Shown here piece by piece: positions 12,927-26,365 of a stretch of DNA of 64,000 bases. The position numbers and the translations under genes were made by a program. How positions within the stretch are numbered: position 1 is the first letter of the stretch; every line of letters begins with the position of its first letter. The stretch comes from Octopus vulgaris (taxonomy: Eukaryota). The stretch lies in NCBI GenBank assembly GCA_951406725.2, contig OX597826.1, positions 14,384,001-14,448,000 on the forward strand, read 5' to 3'. The notes beneath the pieces are model-generated. The model was not told the origin of the DNA. It searched no databases and saw nothing but the letters and a program-made list of their open reading frames with translations.

Positions 12927-12980
12927 TTGAGTCAGCTCTTAATGATACATTTGAATTTCGCGTCAATTTTGGTGGACATT
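12927..12980 (-). CDS. Candidate 54-nt phase 1-1 internal exon
   Basis: ctttcttatctgctatatatag| xCPPKLTRNSNVSLRADS |gttggt; splices in frame to 5311-5381. Confidence 0.2.
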
Positions 12981-13201
12981 CTATATATAGCAGATAAGAA
13001 AGAACAGTTATCTGTATTTTTATCTATGATTTAAAAACAAAAAGTAATGAGAACCAGCAGGATGTCTATGATAAACGTACTTTCAAGGCTTAAACTGTCA
13101 TATATGAATAAAAGTTCCAATTCTACAATGATAATGGTGTAGAAGTTATGTGTAGAGTAAAGGATGATAGAATTTAGTTAGCAAGAAATAGCTTCACACA
13201 T

Positions 13202-13232
<31 letters not shown>

Positions 13233-13599
13233 CATACACACACATACATTATCATTATTTTAATGATAAGAACTGCTGGTGCTGATATATTTCGATATGT
13301 CGTTTACTAGGCGTACAGTATTATCACATTTATATTGTGCTCATTAATTACGTTACAACCAGAATGGCTGAGGAGAATATTAGCGCTAGAGTTGTAGACG
13401 CACGATTTGGATTTTGTGATTTTGTTTCCTACATTCAGAATCTCAACCGTTTGAGGACAATGTCGATTATTACAATAAATCCGAGAATTTATGTCATCTT
13501 TATCGTGTGTTATTTTATTATATTTATTCGTTTTACAGACGTCGATGCATTCGCAAGACTTAAAGTTGTCAAATACGAATATAATTATTTACCAACTCA

Positions 13600-13870
13600 A
13601 AAATCCCTAATATTTGTGGTTCGGAGTTGTACCCGAAAATTGTAGGTAATTTTGGCCTTATGCTTTTTGTATTCGGTGCATTAAACCAAATTATTTTCTT
13701 TTTTCTCTTTTCAGAGTTCTTGCTTTTTGGTTTTCATTTTGTGGTTGTTGGTAACTTTTACAGGAGATGTACCGTAAAAAACATTGTGAGTTTTCTTGGA
13801 GTTGTGACTCTTGAGTTTTCAGTTTTAGATATGTCACAATGGATTGACTCTTTTTTCATTTTATCCTACA
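13600..13870 (-). pseudogene. PLE (Naiad-like) RT-endonuclease linker remnant
   Basis: Minus strand EKRKKKIIWFNAPNTKSIRPKL resembles the RxIIWFNPP motif. Confidence 0.45.
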
Positions 13871-14416
13871 CTTAAAATTAGATTTTATATTAAAATTAGA
13901 CGTATTATGATAATTTGTTTCAAGCATATTTTTACATATTATATTTTCTATATTATATTTTCTACTTTCTCTTTTTATTTCACAAGAGATTTCAACTCTG
14001 TAATTGGCTTAATATCGTCCTTAAGAGTTTTGATTCGTTAATTTTGTTTGCTGTATTTATTTATGTCCGACTATCCATAAATTTATTGCTTTTGTTTCTG
14101 GGCATATTTTAAAAATTATTTTAATCCCTTGATCGACTGCTAGTTAAATTATCATTGCGGTTAATGATATTAGATAATGCGATTACGTTAGTATTATCAT
14201 AACCTCGTTTATTCATATTTGGAAGGTTGAGTTACAGGGATGTGTGGTTTATTAATATTCTTTACATGCTCATATTTAGAATCAATGCTAAAATTGTATC
14301 AGAGAATACAATAAACTGGATGTTATCTTCAAAGCATCTTTTTAACAGAGCATCATTGTAATGTTAAGGATTATTATTAAATATGTCATCGTTAGAGGAT
14401 AGTTTGGATATATCAC

Positions 14417-14511
14417 TTACAAAGTGGTACCCCGACAGTGCTGCAGCCCAATGATTAAAACAAGAATAAAAATAAAAATAAATTTTGTAGATTTTGGATG
14501 AGTGGAGGCCG
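14417..14511 (-). CDS. Candidate terminal exon with hydrophobic tail (GPI-signal-like)
   Basis: Acceptor ttttcactttcgttgaacag|, phase 1, xASTHPKSTKFIFIFILVLIIGLQHCRGTTL*. Confidence 0.35.
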
Positions 14512-14816
14512 CTGTTCAACGAAAGTGAAAACCACTGTTTAAATCCAGCGTGAATGAAACACGTGGAAATATTTAATTTTTGATGTTTAAATATAATATA
14601 AACCAAAATCTAAATCTGATGTATTCTGTTCTTAGATATACGTTCTCAAATTTATTCAAATGTATTTTCTGCAACCCCACCTAGCAGAAAGATTCGGAAG
14701 AGAAATTATGCTAAGATATGATTGGAATTGGTTTATATAGAGAGATTTACATTCAGTTTAGAACATCGGTTACCAGTTCTGTCATCGCATCGAATATATC
14801 AATTTTTTCACACATA

Positions 14817-15270
14817 CAAGGTTTGGACAAAATAATGAAAGCGCCTTAAAATTTCAAACAAATTCACTTCAATATAGGGTAGGACTGACTTTTGCTATAG
14901 TTACAGCTTGAAGCCCATGAGTTATGGACTCGTACAAAATTTCAATTGTTTCCAAATGAAGTTTTGTCCATTCTTTAGCTAAAATAGTCTCCAGTTTTTG
15001 TAGATATGATGGTGGAGGATATCGACTCCGTATTTGTTTTTCTAAAATGAAACTATAAATGTTCAATAATATTGAGATCTGGGGACTGTGGTGGCCCGAT
15101 AAGATGTTCACCTTCACTAGAATGTTCTTCGTGACGTTCAGTAACAATTTTAGTTGTGTGAATTGGTGCATTATCATCCTGAAAGATGATAGGACGAATA
15201 GGACGAATTTGATCAGATAAAATACTTAAGTAGTCTTGACCATTAATTCTGCCATGAAAGGAAACTATAG
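14817..15270 (-). mobile_element. Tc1 (DD34E-type) transposase 3' remnant with one TIR
   Basis: FQDDNAPIH...PPQSPDLNIIEH (frameshifted)...LEKQIRSRYPPP...AKVSPTLY*; end ta|caaggtttggacaaaataatg. Confidence 0.8.
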
Positions 15271-15353
15271 CTCTTTTATCTTAATAACGGTCAATCACAG
15301 AGAAATTTCCTTTTATTTAACGATCATTTTCATAGAATTTTTTCTGATGGCCG

Positions 15354-15414
15354 GATAACTGAAGAGATGGCGGCGTGGATTTCCACCCCGACATCCGAAA
15401 CTCGGAGTTTTATC
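15354..15414 (+). ncRNA. Apparently intact type I hammerhead ribozyme
   Basis: GATAA-CTGAAGA-long stem II (GATGGCGGCGTGGA/TCCACCCCGACATC)-C-GAA-ACT CGG AGT-T^TTATC; all core nucleotides present, GUU triplet, perfect 5-bp stem I. Confidence 0.75.
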
Positions 15415-16058
15415 ATGGCTCCCGAATAATAGTGGCATATTACATTTACAGATAGTTTCCTCTATTAACATAATATTGAGATCTCTTTCATTCATTTGTT
15501 GTCTTACCATTTCTATCAATATATATATACATAATACAAAATAAGAAAATGGAGGAATAGATTCCTTTCAATCATCAACTTCCAGATAATACCAATTCAT
15601 ATAATTTATTAACTAATTAATTAAATTAAATAGGAACATCCAAATCCAACAGAATAAGACAGAATAAAACAAAATACATCAATAAGTAAGATAATACCAT
15701 AAAAATAATACATATAAAATGGATCTTACAGCTGTAAGTCTATAACAGCTATTTTGATTATTATCACCCCACGGATTTTTACGGATAACACCATACAAAA
15801 ATTCTTGTGCATCTAAATTAAGTACCATATTCATTTGAATCTAAATTTTTGCTGAACTTATATATATATAATTTGAATAATGAGCGTGATAAATTGCATA
15901 TTTATTTAATTAACATCAATTTATATATATACATATATATACATCTCCTTAAAAAAAGAAAAAATATAAAGCGATTATCTGCCTTATACCGGAAGAAATC
16001 CCTGATTACCCTCCCCTGCCCGGAACTCATCTTATAACTTCATAACGAAGTACAAATC

Positions 16059-16420
16059 TTGCATATAAATGTACTGTGCACACAAGGGGAGAGCTCTATG
16101 TTTGCATTGGGTAGACGGCAGATTAATTTAAGAGTCGTTCTCGTAACAATGTTGCCAACTTTAAGACAATCAATGAGAGACATTCAACATATTTGGCAGA
16201 TTTTGTATGGCGAGTGAAGAAGGATAAAACGAAGTACAGCATTAATTGGTCCATAGTGGGGTATTCGAAACCATACAAAATAATTTCAAGGAGATGCCGT
16301 CTCTGCTCCGAGGAATCCATGTCTATTCTGTGGACTAACTAGAAGATAATTAATAGAATTTCTGAACGACTCTCGAGAGGCCTACGCGCTAATAAATGTA
16401 CATTCGCACAATGCAGGGTG
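16059..16420 (+). pseudogene. PLE GIY-YIG endonuclease remnant (Naiad-like)
   Basis: LAYKCTV...YVCIG*TAD*FKSR...STYLADFVWRVK...INWSIV...PY...RRCRLCSEE...IINRISE, with the CxLC motif. Confidence 0.75.
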
Positions 16421-16927
16421 AATGAATTTTGAGTAACCGTTCACCTAACTTAATTTACTTTAAGATATGGATGACTTAAGATTAGTTTTAACCTCCCCAT
16501 TCTTATAAACACCAAGTAGATAACTGAGTGCAGCAAACCCCACGTATGCGTATGCTCACTTTTTTGTGGATGCTTGTATGAGCGAGTGTACTGCCGGCAT
16601 GCATCTTGCCCTAGGACGTTTATACATCCATATCTGTTAACGGTTATTCTAAATACTTTTCTCGCTGGATTGAATGTTCGTTTCTCTATATAAGATGATC
16701 AAAAATGAAATCACAGATGGCAAAAAGAGAAACGAACATTCAATCCAGCGAGATATTTCATCCGTCTGGCTAATTTTCTCTCTACAAGACGGAAAGTTAC
16801 ATTGCGGAGCAGTCATTTTAACGAGTTGTTTTTATTTATTTATCACCGGACGAGAGACATCTGCACCACCGGATGTTCCTGAATCAGTTGTTGAGTGTCC
16901 CACCCAAGAAGAATCGATGCTAGATCT

Positions 16928-17067
16928 GCTGAAACAATTGTCGTGATTAATGATAAATTCTCGTATATACCATTTTTTGTCTTTCATTTGCTGTATATAT
17001 ATAGCAAATGAAAGACAAAAGATGGAATATACGAGAATTTATTACTAATCACGACAATTGTTTCAGC
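16928..17067. repeat. Tail-to-tail inverted PLE terminal repeats centred on short (TA)n
   Basis: gctgaaacaattgtcgtgatta...catttgctg-tatatatata-gcaaatg...taatcacgacaattgtttcagc; homolog on minus strand at ~21190-21330. Confidence 0.7.
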
Positions 17068-17950
17068 TCGGTATATTCATATTTATGATATACGAAATAT
17101 GCTTAAACTAAAATTGTTAATATTTAATATATGAATTTTTACATATTCCTTTAACTTAACTTTCTTTTATTAATACCAATAATTACCATTTAATAAATAA
17201 TTATAAATATATGTTAAGTTAGTATTTGAATATATAGGAAGACATCTCCTCCATTTGGCTAACGACATACATTCTGTGTCCGATTAGTATGTGCGTGGAG
17301 AGTTCATCGCTTCCATCGGTAGTCTTACGTGATACACACGGACTTGAGTTCTTGGGTTGTTACTCGTATTTAAATTAAAGGTGACACCAAAAAATTCATA
17401 ATTTTTGTGTTAGTATCAAACATTGAAATTAAAAAAAGAGAAGTTCTCTAGAAATGATTTTAAGATTCATTTTTTATACGGAGGACTGAATTCTGAAACG
17501 GCCGTAGGAATATTTTCTTTTAATATGTAACCTAAAACTTTTTTGACGCCTGTTATTTTCTCTTCACTATATTTTTTAGTAAAAAAAGGTTTTTATCAAC
17601 AACCCTATACTTCATTATATTCCTATATTTATATGTCCATATATATTTTTAATATTCATATATTTTTATATTTTCCTATGTATTTTTATGTGTATTTTTA
17701 ATTTATCAATATGTGTTTTTTGGACAATTTTTATTTTAATTAAATCCGTATATATATGCGTTCATTGTAGCTTGCCTGATTTGAACTTTCTCAATTCCAA
17801 TCATTATAAATAAATACACATAAGTATGTATGTGTACAGTAAATATATATATATTTACTATACAGATGTGCTTGTATTCATATGCATATCTAATTAATAT
17901 CATTGTTGTTAATGATGCTTTTTACTACTACTACTACTGCAACAACAACA

Positions 17951-17999
<49 letters not shown>

Positions 18000-18242
18000 G
18001 ACGTTATTCATTATTGATATATGATAACGTTGATGGCATATGTTTCCAAAATGGAAATACAATTTGATACATTTTGTTCTGTTTTTTGGAGGGAGGGGGC
18101 AATAAAATGATTAAAGCCTGACTAAAATGCTGCAAGTTTTGAAAGATTTAACTGGAAATCGTTCGATATGTAGATTGAGAAGTTAAAATTCGAACTGGGG
18201 GAAAAATAGGTAAATGATACGTTTCTTTGCCGAGTTCACTAT

Positions 18243-18465
18243 ACTCATAAGGCAGGTTTACTGGTTTCTGTGGCGTATATATTACCCATCTGGATGGGAG
18301 TCCGGTCCACCGCAGGATTACTCATTTTTCTCAGCTGATTGGACTGGAGCAACATGAAATGAAATATTTTGCTCAAGAGCACAACGTATCACCCGTTCCA
18401 GGAATCGAAAGCATAATCTTACCAGCATGAGTACAACACCCTAACGACCAAGCCACACGCCGGCG
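18243..18465 (-). mobile_element. Diverged tRNA/CORE-like SINE
   Basis: Minus strand A/B-box-like head, then gtgctcttgagcaaaatatttcatttcatgttgctccagt shared with family B. Confidence 0.7.
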
Positions 18466-19227
18466 CAAGCTGGAGAAAATGCCATAGCTTTACACATGAA
18501 GACTTCATGAAAAAGGTTGTTCAATGACAGGAAGTCAGGTGATTCATTTTAAAGTACCCGGAAAGTAGTTATGTACAAGCTATGTTTTGTGACAGAAAGT
18601 GGCAATACTGGAAGCTGCAACATGCATCCTGTAAACAATTGTTTGTAAGATAGACTTCCTCTAAAGAGGGTAGGCAGTTATTTATTCCAGTACTGAGCTA
18701 TAATTTGATATCACTCTCTGTATCTCTGACTCTTCAAACAGAGAAATACAATTGATTCCATTATTATGGGTGGTTCGCTATCAGTAATTTAAATGTTAGT
18801 CTTGGTATTGAGCATATCGTTGTTCTTTATGAGCCCAGTTTATTTGAAGAATGTTTGAATATATTTTCTATTTATATATCTGAACGAATAAGTATGTTGT
18901 TTAAATCTTGGACTCAAATATCTATAAATTAAACTTATGACAGTTTTTACAGCGTTGTTGTACTCCGTAGAGACTTTTGTAGAGAACGCCATTTTCTTGA
19001 AAACATTAACTCTAATGGAAAGTTATTCGTAGGAAAGCATTTTCATTGGGGCAGCGACTATATGTCCCGTTGACTCTAGATATGAAAGCACGAAACGTTA
19101 TCAAAATTAATATAGTGCACCATAACACAGTTTCTGTCGAATGTTTTATGGAAATTAATATTTTGTGAGGAAGTGTTGCCTTATTAGGCATCTCTGTATG
19201 TATGTTTGTGTATATGTGTATGTATAA

Positions 19228-19260
<33 letters not shown>

Positions 19261-19379
19261 CGCGTGCATTTGGTTGGTAAAATCCTATATATTATCAACC
19301 GCTTCTTCTTTGAGTTCGAGAAATCAATATAATCTATTATCCTCATCCTCATCTCTGCTTTAACTGTAAGTCCCTGTCG

Positions 19380-20245
19380 CCCTCTACGATAGCTATTGTC
19401 ATAATCATCATCACAATTTCCGTATTCTTATCTCATCATCAATATGAACATCATCGTCGTTGTCATCATCATCATCATCAGTAACATTTTTAACATCCGT
19501 TAAGCCTTTACCATCGTCATTATCATCAAAAATATGATAATCATCTTTATGAACATAAAACTCAGGACCTTGTCTCCCGCCAAATCAAATAATACAGTAG
19601 GCACATCTACATAAACATTATTACTATTCTTAATTCTCGGCAGTCAGATCAACCTTTTAATTTTACTATTAACTCTGCTACTCAAGGCGGCGCAATGGCA
19701 GAATCTTTAACAGGCCGGGCATAACACTTCGCGGCACAACGTCCATCTTTGCTTTCTGAATTAAAATTCGAATGAGATCGACTTTGCCTCTCAGGGTCGA
19801 TAAAATAAGTACCAGTTAAGCACTGATGTCAATTTAATCGACTTACCTCCTACCCCGAACCTACTGGCTGTGTGCCAAAATTTGAAACTCTGAACTCTGC
19901 TACTACAACCCTACCCATAATATCACCACCACTCAGTACCATCAATACCGTCTTTACGGCCAAACATAAGGACTAGCAGAAAGCAATTTTAAACGGTACT
20001 TTACGGTCATCGTTACAATGATAATGATGATCATGATGATCATCATCATCATCGTCATAGTCATCATTGACATCTTCGTCGTCGTCGTCATCACCATCAT
20101 CGATGTCATCGTCATCTTCGTCATAATCATCACCATCGTCATAATCATCATTGCCACCATCGTCAACATCGTCGTCGGTGTCGTCATCATCATCATCAAC
20201 AAGAACATCAACATCACCACCGCTGTGGTCATCATCGTCAATCAC
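19380..20245. repeat. Degenerate (CAT/CGT)n low-complexity region with a family A SINE (19686-19885, +)
   Basis: Imperfect ATC/GTC triplets; SINE A head and core visible. Confidence 0.7.
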
Positions 20246-20585
20246 ACCTACAGTAAAACTAAAGATACTGTATCACTTTTAAAACAATCATGATTGTAAA
20301 AGCAAAACTATCACTGTTATCAGAACCGAAGTATTACAATGCCATCCCGTAGAATCTAACACACATGACAATACAGACCGCTGTAAGATGAACAATGCTA
20401 TCTACGGAGTTATGAAATAAAATATTCATTTTGCTCTTACATATGGATGTAAAGCTGCGTCTTATATCCATGAAGAACCTGGTGCAGAGAAAATCGTTGA
20501 CTAACCATGTATATGTATGTATACATGTAGTTAAAGTTAATCGAAACATGAAAGCACAAAAAAACAACAAGGCGAAGACGTGGAA

Positions 20586-20760
20586 CAAATAAAGTATTAT
20601 TGGACGCTCAGGAAAGAAGGAAAGAAGGAGGGTTTAACGTTTCGAGCGGAGCTCTTCGTCGGAAACATAGGAGAAGGAAAGATCCAGAGAAAGGAAGACA
20701 GAGGAAAAAAAATCGCGAACGGTACACACGCGGTCACATTTTTGAATGTATATACATATT
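20586..20760 (-). mobile_element. Neptune-like PLE terminal repeat with minimal hammerhead (20632-20666)
   Basis: Minus strand GTTT-CCGACGA-A-GAGC TCC GCTC-GAAA-CG-TT^AAAC; related to 27850-28045 and 47870-48065. Confidence 0.7.
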
Positions 20761-20855
20761 CATTCTTGTACGTATAGATGTATACTTGTCTGTAAGTGTA
20801 GATGGGATTGTACGTATGCAGAACACACACACACGTACATATATGCATATATATA

Positions 20856-21117
<262 letters not shown>

Positions 21118-21614
21118 ATTATAAAACGTGTGGTATATACGTGGTAGCTTACCGGTACAGCACGTTCACTTTCACAGTGTTTGTTGTGTATTTGGTTAAA
21201 AAGACGGAAGATGGAAAATACGAGAATCCTTATTAATCACTACAATTGTTTCAATCCATTTAGCATCGATTTCTAACGGGTGGGTTAATTAACAATTGGT
21301 TTAGGAGCATCCGTCGGTGTAGGGGTATTTCTTAGGGTGATAATTAGATATATCTCTTTAAAATAGTGACTTCCGCAAGGTATCTTCTCGGTTCGTGTAT
21401 AGAAACGATGTAAATTAAAGTATATAGCTTCATTTATATAGAAGATCAATAATAAAAAAAATAGCAGATGCAAAAGATGAAAGAATACACAATACAGAGA
21501 AAAACGTATTAAACATAAACGATAAAAGAAATGTAATTCTTTATTGCCCACAAGGGGCTAAACATAGAGGGAACAAACAAGGATAGACAAAGGGATTAAG
21601 TCGGTTTACACTAA

Positions 21615-21908
21615 CAAACCAGAGAGCCTGGTGCAACTGAAGGAGAACATCAATAGAGAAATCAGAAACGTGGGGTCTGAAATTTATGGTGGAAATTTTG
21701 GCAAGAGCACGGGCTTGCGAAGCCTAAATTGGCTGCCATTTAAGCGATCTCATTTTTCATATTTGATGTAAGGGTGTTGTAAAATTTGACATGTGCAGAT
21801 TAATTTCCATTACGTCCTTTATATTGTATCAAGATTTCATGCATTTATTTGTAAAGTTAAGGAAGTTATTAAAATTTGAAACCCATCAGTGACTTTTGGG
21901 ACTCCCTG
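21615..21908 (+). mobile_element. Tc1/mariner 3' end fragment
   Basis: End cagtgacttttgggactccctg|ta; degenerate C-terminus resembling NF.KRARAC...GGHF. Confidence 0.5.
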
Positions 21909-22066
21909 TATATATATGTATATGCACACACACACACAAACACACACACAGACACACAAACATACACATACACACACATATATATATATATATATATACA
22001 TAGACATATGTACACATATCTATATATGTATACATATATATATGTCTACATATATGTGTGTGTGTG

Positions 22067-22110
<44 letters not shown>

Positions 22111-22124
22111 CTAAGCGTGGAGAA

Positions 22125-22504
22125 AGACCTACAGAGATAAAGAGCCACTAATCTTTTAGTGAACACAGAATTCTTCAGCAGGGCTGCAACCCGCCACAGT
22201 GAATCATTGGGGAGTGGAATCGTTTGGGGTAAGTGTATATACATGATCTCCTTGTACCCGATGAGAAGTTAAAATTAGAAAAGTTGTCTCTGGTTCGATC
22301 TTCCATTCCATGTAGAATTTTCCGCTAACACAGCGAAGATCTTTCTAACGCTAATCAAAACCATATCTTCAGAAACCAAATATATCATAAACTCCTAAAT
22401 TCCCAGAGCATCAAGTTTAGCTATCTATGATAATGTAAGATACAATAGATATCACATATTCCAGCAGATGCGAAGTTGGTCTTACTTCTCAAATTTTGTG
22501 GTAA

Positions 22505-22563
<59 letters not shown>

Positions 22564-22975
22564 TATATATATAAATCCACTTACTCACCATAGTGGAATC
22601 ATAGGACATTAAACTAGTATGACTGCATGTAACCAACTGTGTTTCTTTGAGAAACTGTACTTTAAACATGTAGCCACAAATGAACAAGCTAAAAAAAAGG
22701 GAATTTAAACAACTTGTTAGGGATTTCAATATTTTAATTACTGGTAACCCAAGGCATGCCACCTAAGGTCTAGCTGGTCTCACGGGCAATTGCTATCACC
22801 AGAGTATTACATAACACAGAATGAAAACTAATTGCTTAACAAGCTGCCCACAACTTGTTCGGTGTACAATCTATTAGACCCAGTGTAAAAATTGGTGTCG
22901 CTATATATATATATAAGCCAGCAGAATACCGACGCAATGAAACTCAAGATAATGTGTGACTCTGTCAATTTTTTA
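22125..22975 (+). mobile_element. ~800-bp non-coding repeat, probably non-autonomous PLE-type
   Basis: Homologous along its length to 30441-31255 (minus); 3' end homologous to 29706-29808. Confidence 0.6.
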
Positions 22976-23024
22976 TTAAATGCTTGTATGATATTCCATG
23001 TAACTCATACCATATATACCTCTA

Positions 23025-23067
<43 letters not shown>

Positions 23068-24606
23068 ATATCTATCTATCTAGATTTATATCTTTATACA
23101 CACACACACACACACACACACAACACACACACACACACACAAACACAAACACACGCACACACACACACATACATATGAAAGAAGGAAAATCAGCCGTATT
23201 ACTCGAATGATAGTTTTTTTAATGACCCCGAAATATTGAAACAAATTTTCACGTGGGTGAGATTCGAACTAAGTATACCTAAAGAAATACCGCAGCTTCG
23301 TCGATCAGCACATTGCATAATCTCTGCCAAATGCTATATAGATACATACATGCCCACACAAGGCACTGTACATTTCTTTTGCTCAACTTTTCATGTTCTC
23401 GGCTCTAAGACCAACTCTGTAGTCCTATGCTAAAATAATTTCACAATACGCTACGCTAGATTGATCCATTATTTCATTAAAACCGAATACATGAAAAACA
23501 AAACTACTGTTAAAGAGGGAAAATATTCAATTCCAGTAGCTGAAGATAAACCAGATGGGCTTATAAAGAATGGTGCAGATAGTGTCTGATATTGTGATTA
23601 CGCTAATTCTCAATGTATGGAATTGCTCACGTGTTATATTAGATGTTATACTGATTTAACCGACAAAGGCACCAAGTCAAATAGTGGTAACGTTTCTGGT
23701 ATTTCCTAACCCTACTCTGCTGTTGATATACCCCAGTGTTGTCCAAATTTTTCAATGTGAATTCAGATCTCTGTGAGCGACTACACATAATCCCCCAATC
23801 CACAGTATCCATCAAAGGGAAGGATGTGCAGCTCATTGTTGCCAGGAAAAGTACCACTTGTTAATTAACTTCAAGCTTTTGGTAGATGTCAACACGGACA
23901 GAGCACACTAGACCTACTTGTCCCACACACAAGAGCTACTTATTTAATCCCTTCCGCACGTATCTACTATTATCCATATTGGTCAAGCAACCTCACCAAT
24001 ACCACCATAATTGGTTTATTCCAAATACAAAGATCGCTGCCGCAAATGTATTTATATTATATTGTTTACCCCAGACTTTGAACTGATGTCGCAGAATATT
24101 ACGTTTCAGCCTGTCTCCAAAGTAATGTTAATATTCTTCCACCACTCGGTCCGAACACGTGACTATATATACACAAATGTAGCTGGAGTCCATTTGATAT
24201 CACTTTGTAGTCCAGTGATTTAAAGATTATAAGTAAAATAAAATAACCTTATCTTTTAAAGTTAAGGCAGAATATCTCATTCTCATCTTCTATTCTATTT
24301 TCTTACTCCCAATACAACTTCTTCTCTACCCACGCGTCCCCCTCTCTTGTCACCCTAATGATTTTACATGTATAAACTAGTAAATAGGGTAAGTAAATAA
24401 TATTTTGGCTGAAGCTAGCTAGGAATCATGAAGTGGCACATAATGTTGATTCTTGGAATGTTTTTTTCTTTTTTTGCTTTTTAAATGAGTTATTTTATGT
24501 ATATTCCCCTGATGAAAACGATTCATAAAAAACAATTCATAAAAACTCTTATGAAACAGATATAGTGAACGAACCAATTTCTCTCTTATATATATGTGTG
24601 TGTGTT

Positions 24607-24650
<44 letters not shown>

Positions 24651-24684
24651 TGTGTGCGTGTGTGTGTGTAAACTACCACACATG

Positions 24685-25903
24685 TACGGTCTTCCTGAGA
24701 TTCACAAGGATGGTATTCTTTAAGACCTATAGTGAGCTGTAGGGTTTTGGCATGTCATCCACTAAGCCGCTTCCTTGTGGATATAATCAGTTCATTAGCA
24801 AGAAAGTCAACATTGCACGTGAAGATTTCCACCTGCTTCACAGAATCGATCAAAGATACCCCCATTGAATCCAACAAGATGGTGAGTCTAGATGTGATAA
24901 GACTGTTCACCAAAGTCCCAACTGGTGAAGTACTATCGGTGATTAAAAAAAAGAACTAGTGACAGACACCCATCTAAAAGAACGCACTAGTATACCAATA
25001 AGAAACTTGATGGAAATGTTGACCTTCTGTGTAGAAAGTACCGACTTCAGTTTGGACATTAATATATATCGACAAGAGGAGGGTTTAGCTATGGGTTCAC
25101 CATTAACACCGGTAATAGCCAATATATACTTGGAATACTTTGAGAATTTGGTTTTAGGATCAACACCACGAAAACCAACCCTACGGCTGCAATATGTTGA
25201 TGACACCTTCATACTTTGGTTCCACCAGGAAGATAACTAAGTGTTGTTAGATCATATGAACTCAATACAGCCAACTTCAAGTCCCATCATCCATATAGTG
25301 TAAAGAGAGGGATTGCTCAGTGCTTAAAATATCGAGCAATGAATACAAGTAGCGATGGCGATACCCACCACGAAGAAATGATCAAGCTCAGTAACAATCT
25401 ATTGAGCAACAACTACCCCAAAAGCATACTATCCACTCCAGTTATGAAGAAGACAGAGGATAAGGTCAATAAACTGTCCACGGTCTGTCTACCCTATGTG
25501 AAAGGCCTCTCCGAAAAGATACAAAAGATATGCGGCCCATATGACATCAGGACAGTATTCAAGAGTAATACAACACTTTCGCAAATATCTCCTTCGAGTA
25601 AAACCAGTAATGGAAGAGAATATGACTAAGAACTGCGTGTACTCCATTCCATACAGCTGTGGTAGGTTATACAAAGGCGAAACATGCTGCCCCCTCAAAA
25701 TAAGGGTAGAGGAACATCGCAAAGCTGTGACACGGGGAGATATTGATAAATCGGGTATAGCTGATCATGTATGGAAAATTGGAGACTACCTCCCGCTGTG
25801 AGATGAAGTTAAAATAATAGAGAGAGAACACCACTGGAAAATACGAAAACTAAAAGAAGCAGCACATATGCTAGGACACAACAACCTCCTAAGCAGACGC
25901 TGA
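24685..25903 (+). pseudogene. Penelope/Poseidon-type PLE: RT + GIY-YIG, disrupted
   Basis: YGLPEIHK..RPIVS, SLDV..LFTKVP, GLAMGSPL, YVDDTF, LPYVKGLSE, VYSIPYSCGRLYKGET..R..EH, R..KEA. Confidence 0.92.
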
Positions 25904-26068
25904 TAGGAGGATAGGAGAATATTAGATTTATAAGCCCTAAAATTCACTCCATACTTGCCCACAGGCATATGGCGTAGTGGTTAAGAGCACGGGCTACTAA
26001 CACCAAGATTCCGAGTTCGATTTCAGGCAGTGACCTGAATAATAATGATGATGATGATAATAATAAAC

Positions 26069-26278
26069 ATGGAAACTGCTCATATCATACGCAAGATACT
26101 TTCTATGTAATCTTAAGTTTTAAAACAAACATAATTTTCTTATGGTTTCTTAAACATTCACTAGTACAACACTAAGTACAAAGCCAAATATATGGCACCC
26201 TTCCAGCTTGTCCCTTGAGGTCTCTGGGTGAGACTTGGAGCCAACTAGTACAAATGTAAAGCAAAAGTCAAACATGTA
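26069..26278 (+). mobile_element. R4/Dong non-LTR retrotransposon 3' end
   Basis: METAHIIRKILSM*, 3'UTR with ccttgaggtctctgggtgagacttgg, ends in (TAA)n. Confidence 0.7.
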
Positions 26279-26365
26279 ATAATAATAATAATAATAATTA
26301 ATAATAAGAAGAATAAGAATAATAATAAGAAGAAGAAGAACAACAACAACAACATAAGTTCGAAA

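Noticed and set aside
19954-20293. Asp/His-rich or Met/Thr-rich ORFs
   Set aside because: All frames are open because of degenerate (GAT)n; no splice or domain support
19024-20480. Further minus-strand acceptor-like sites near 19077 and 20478
   Set aside because: They yield only short peptides with no distinguishing features; expected by chance
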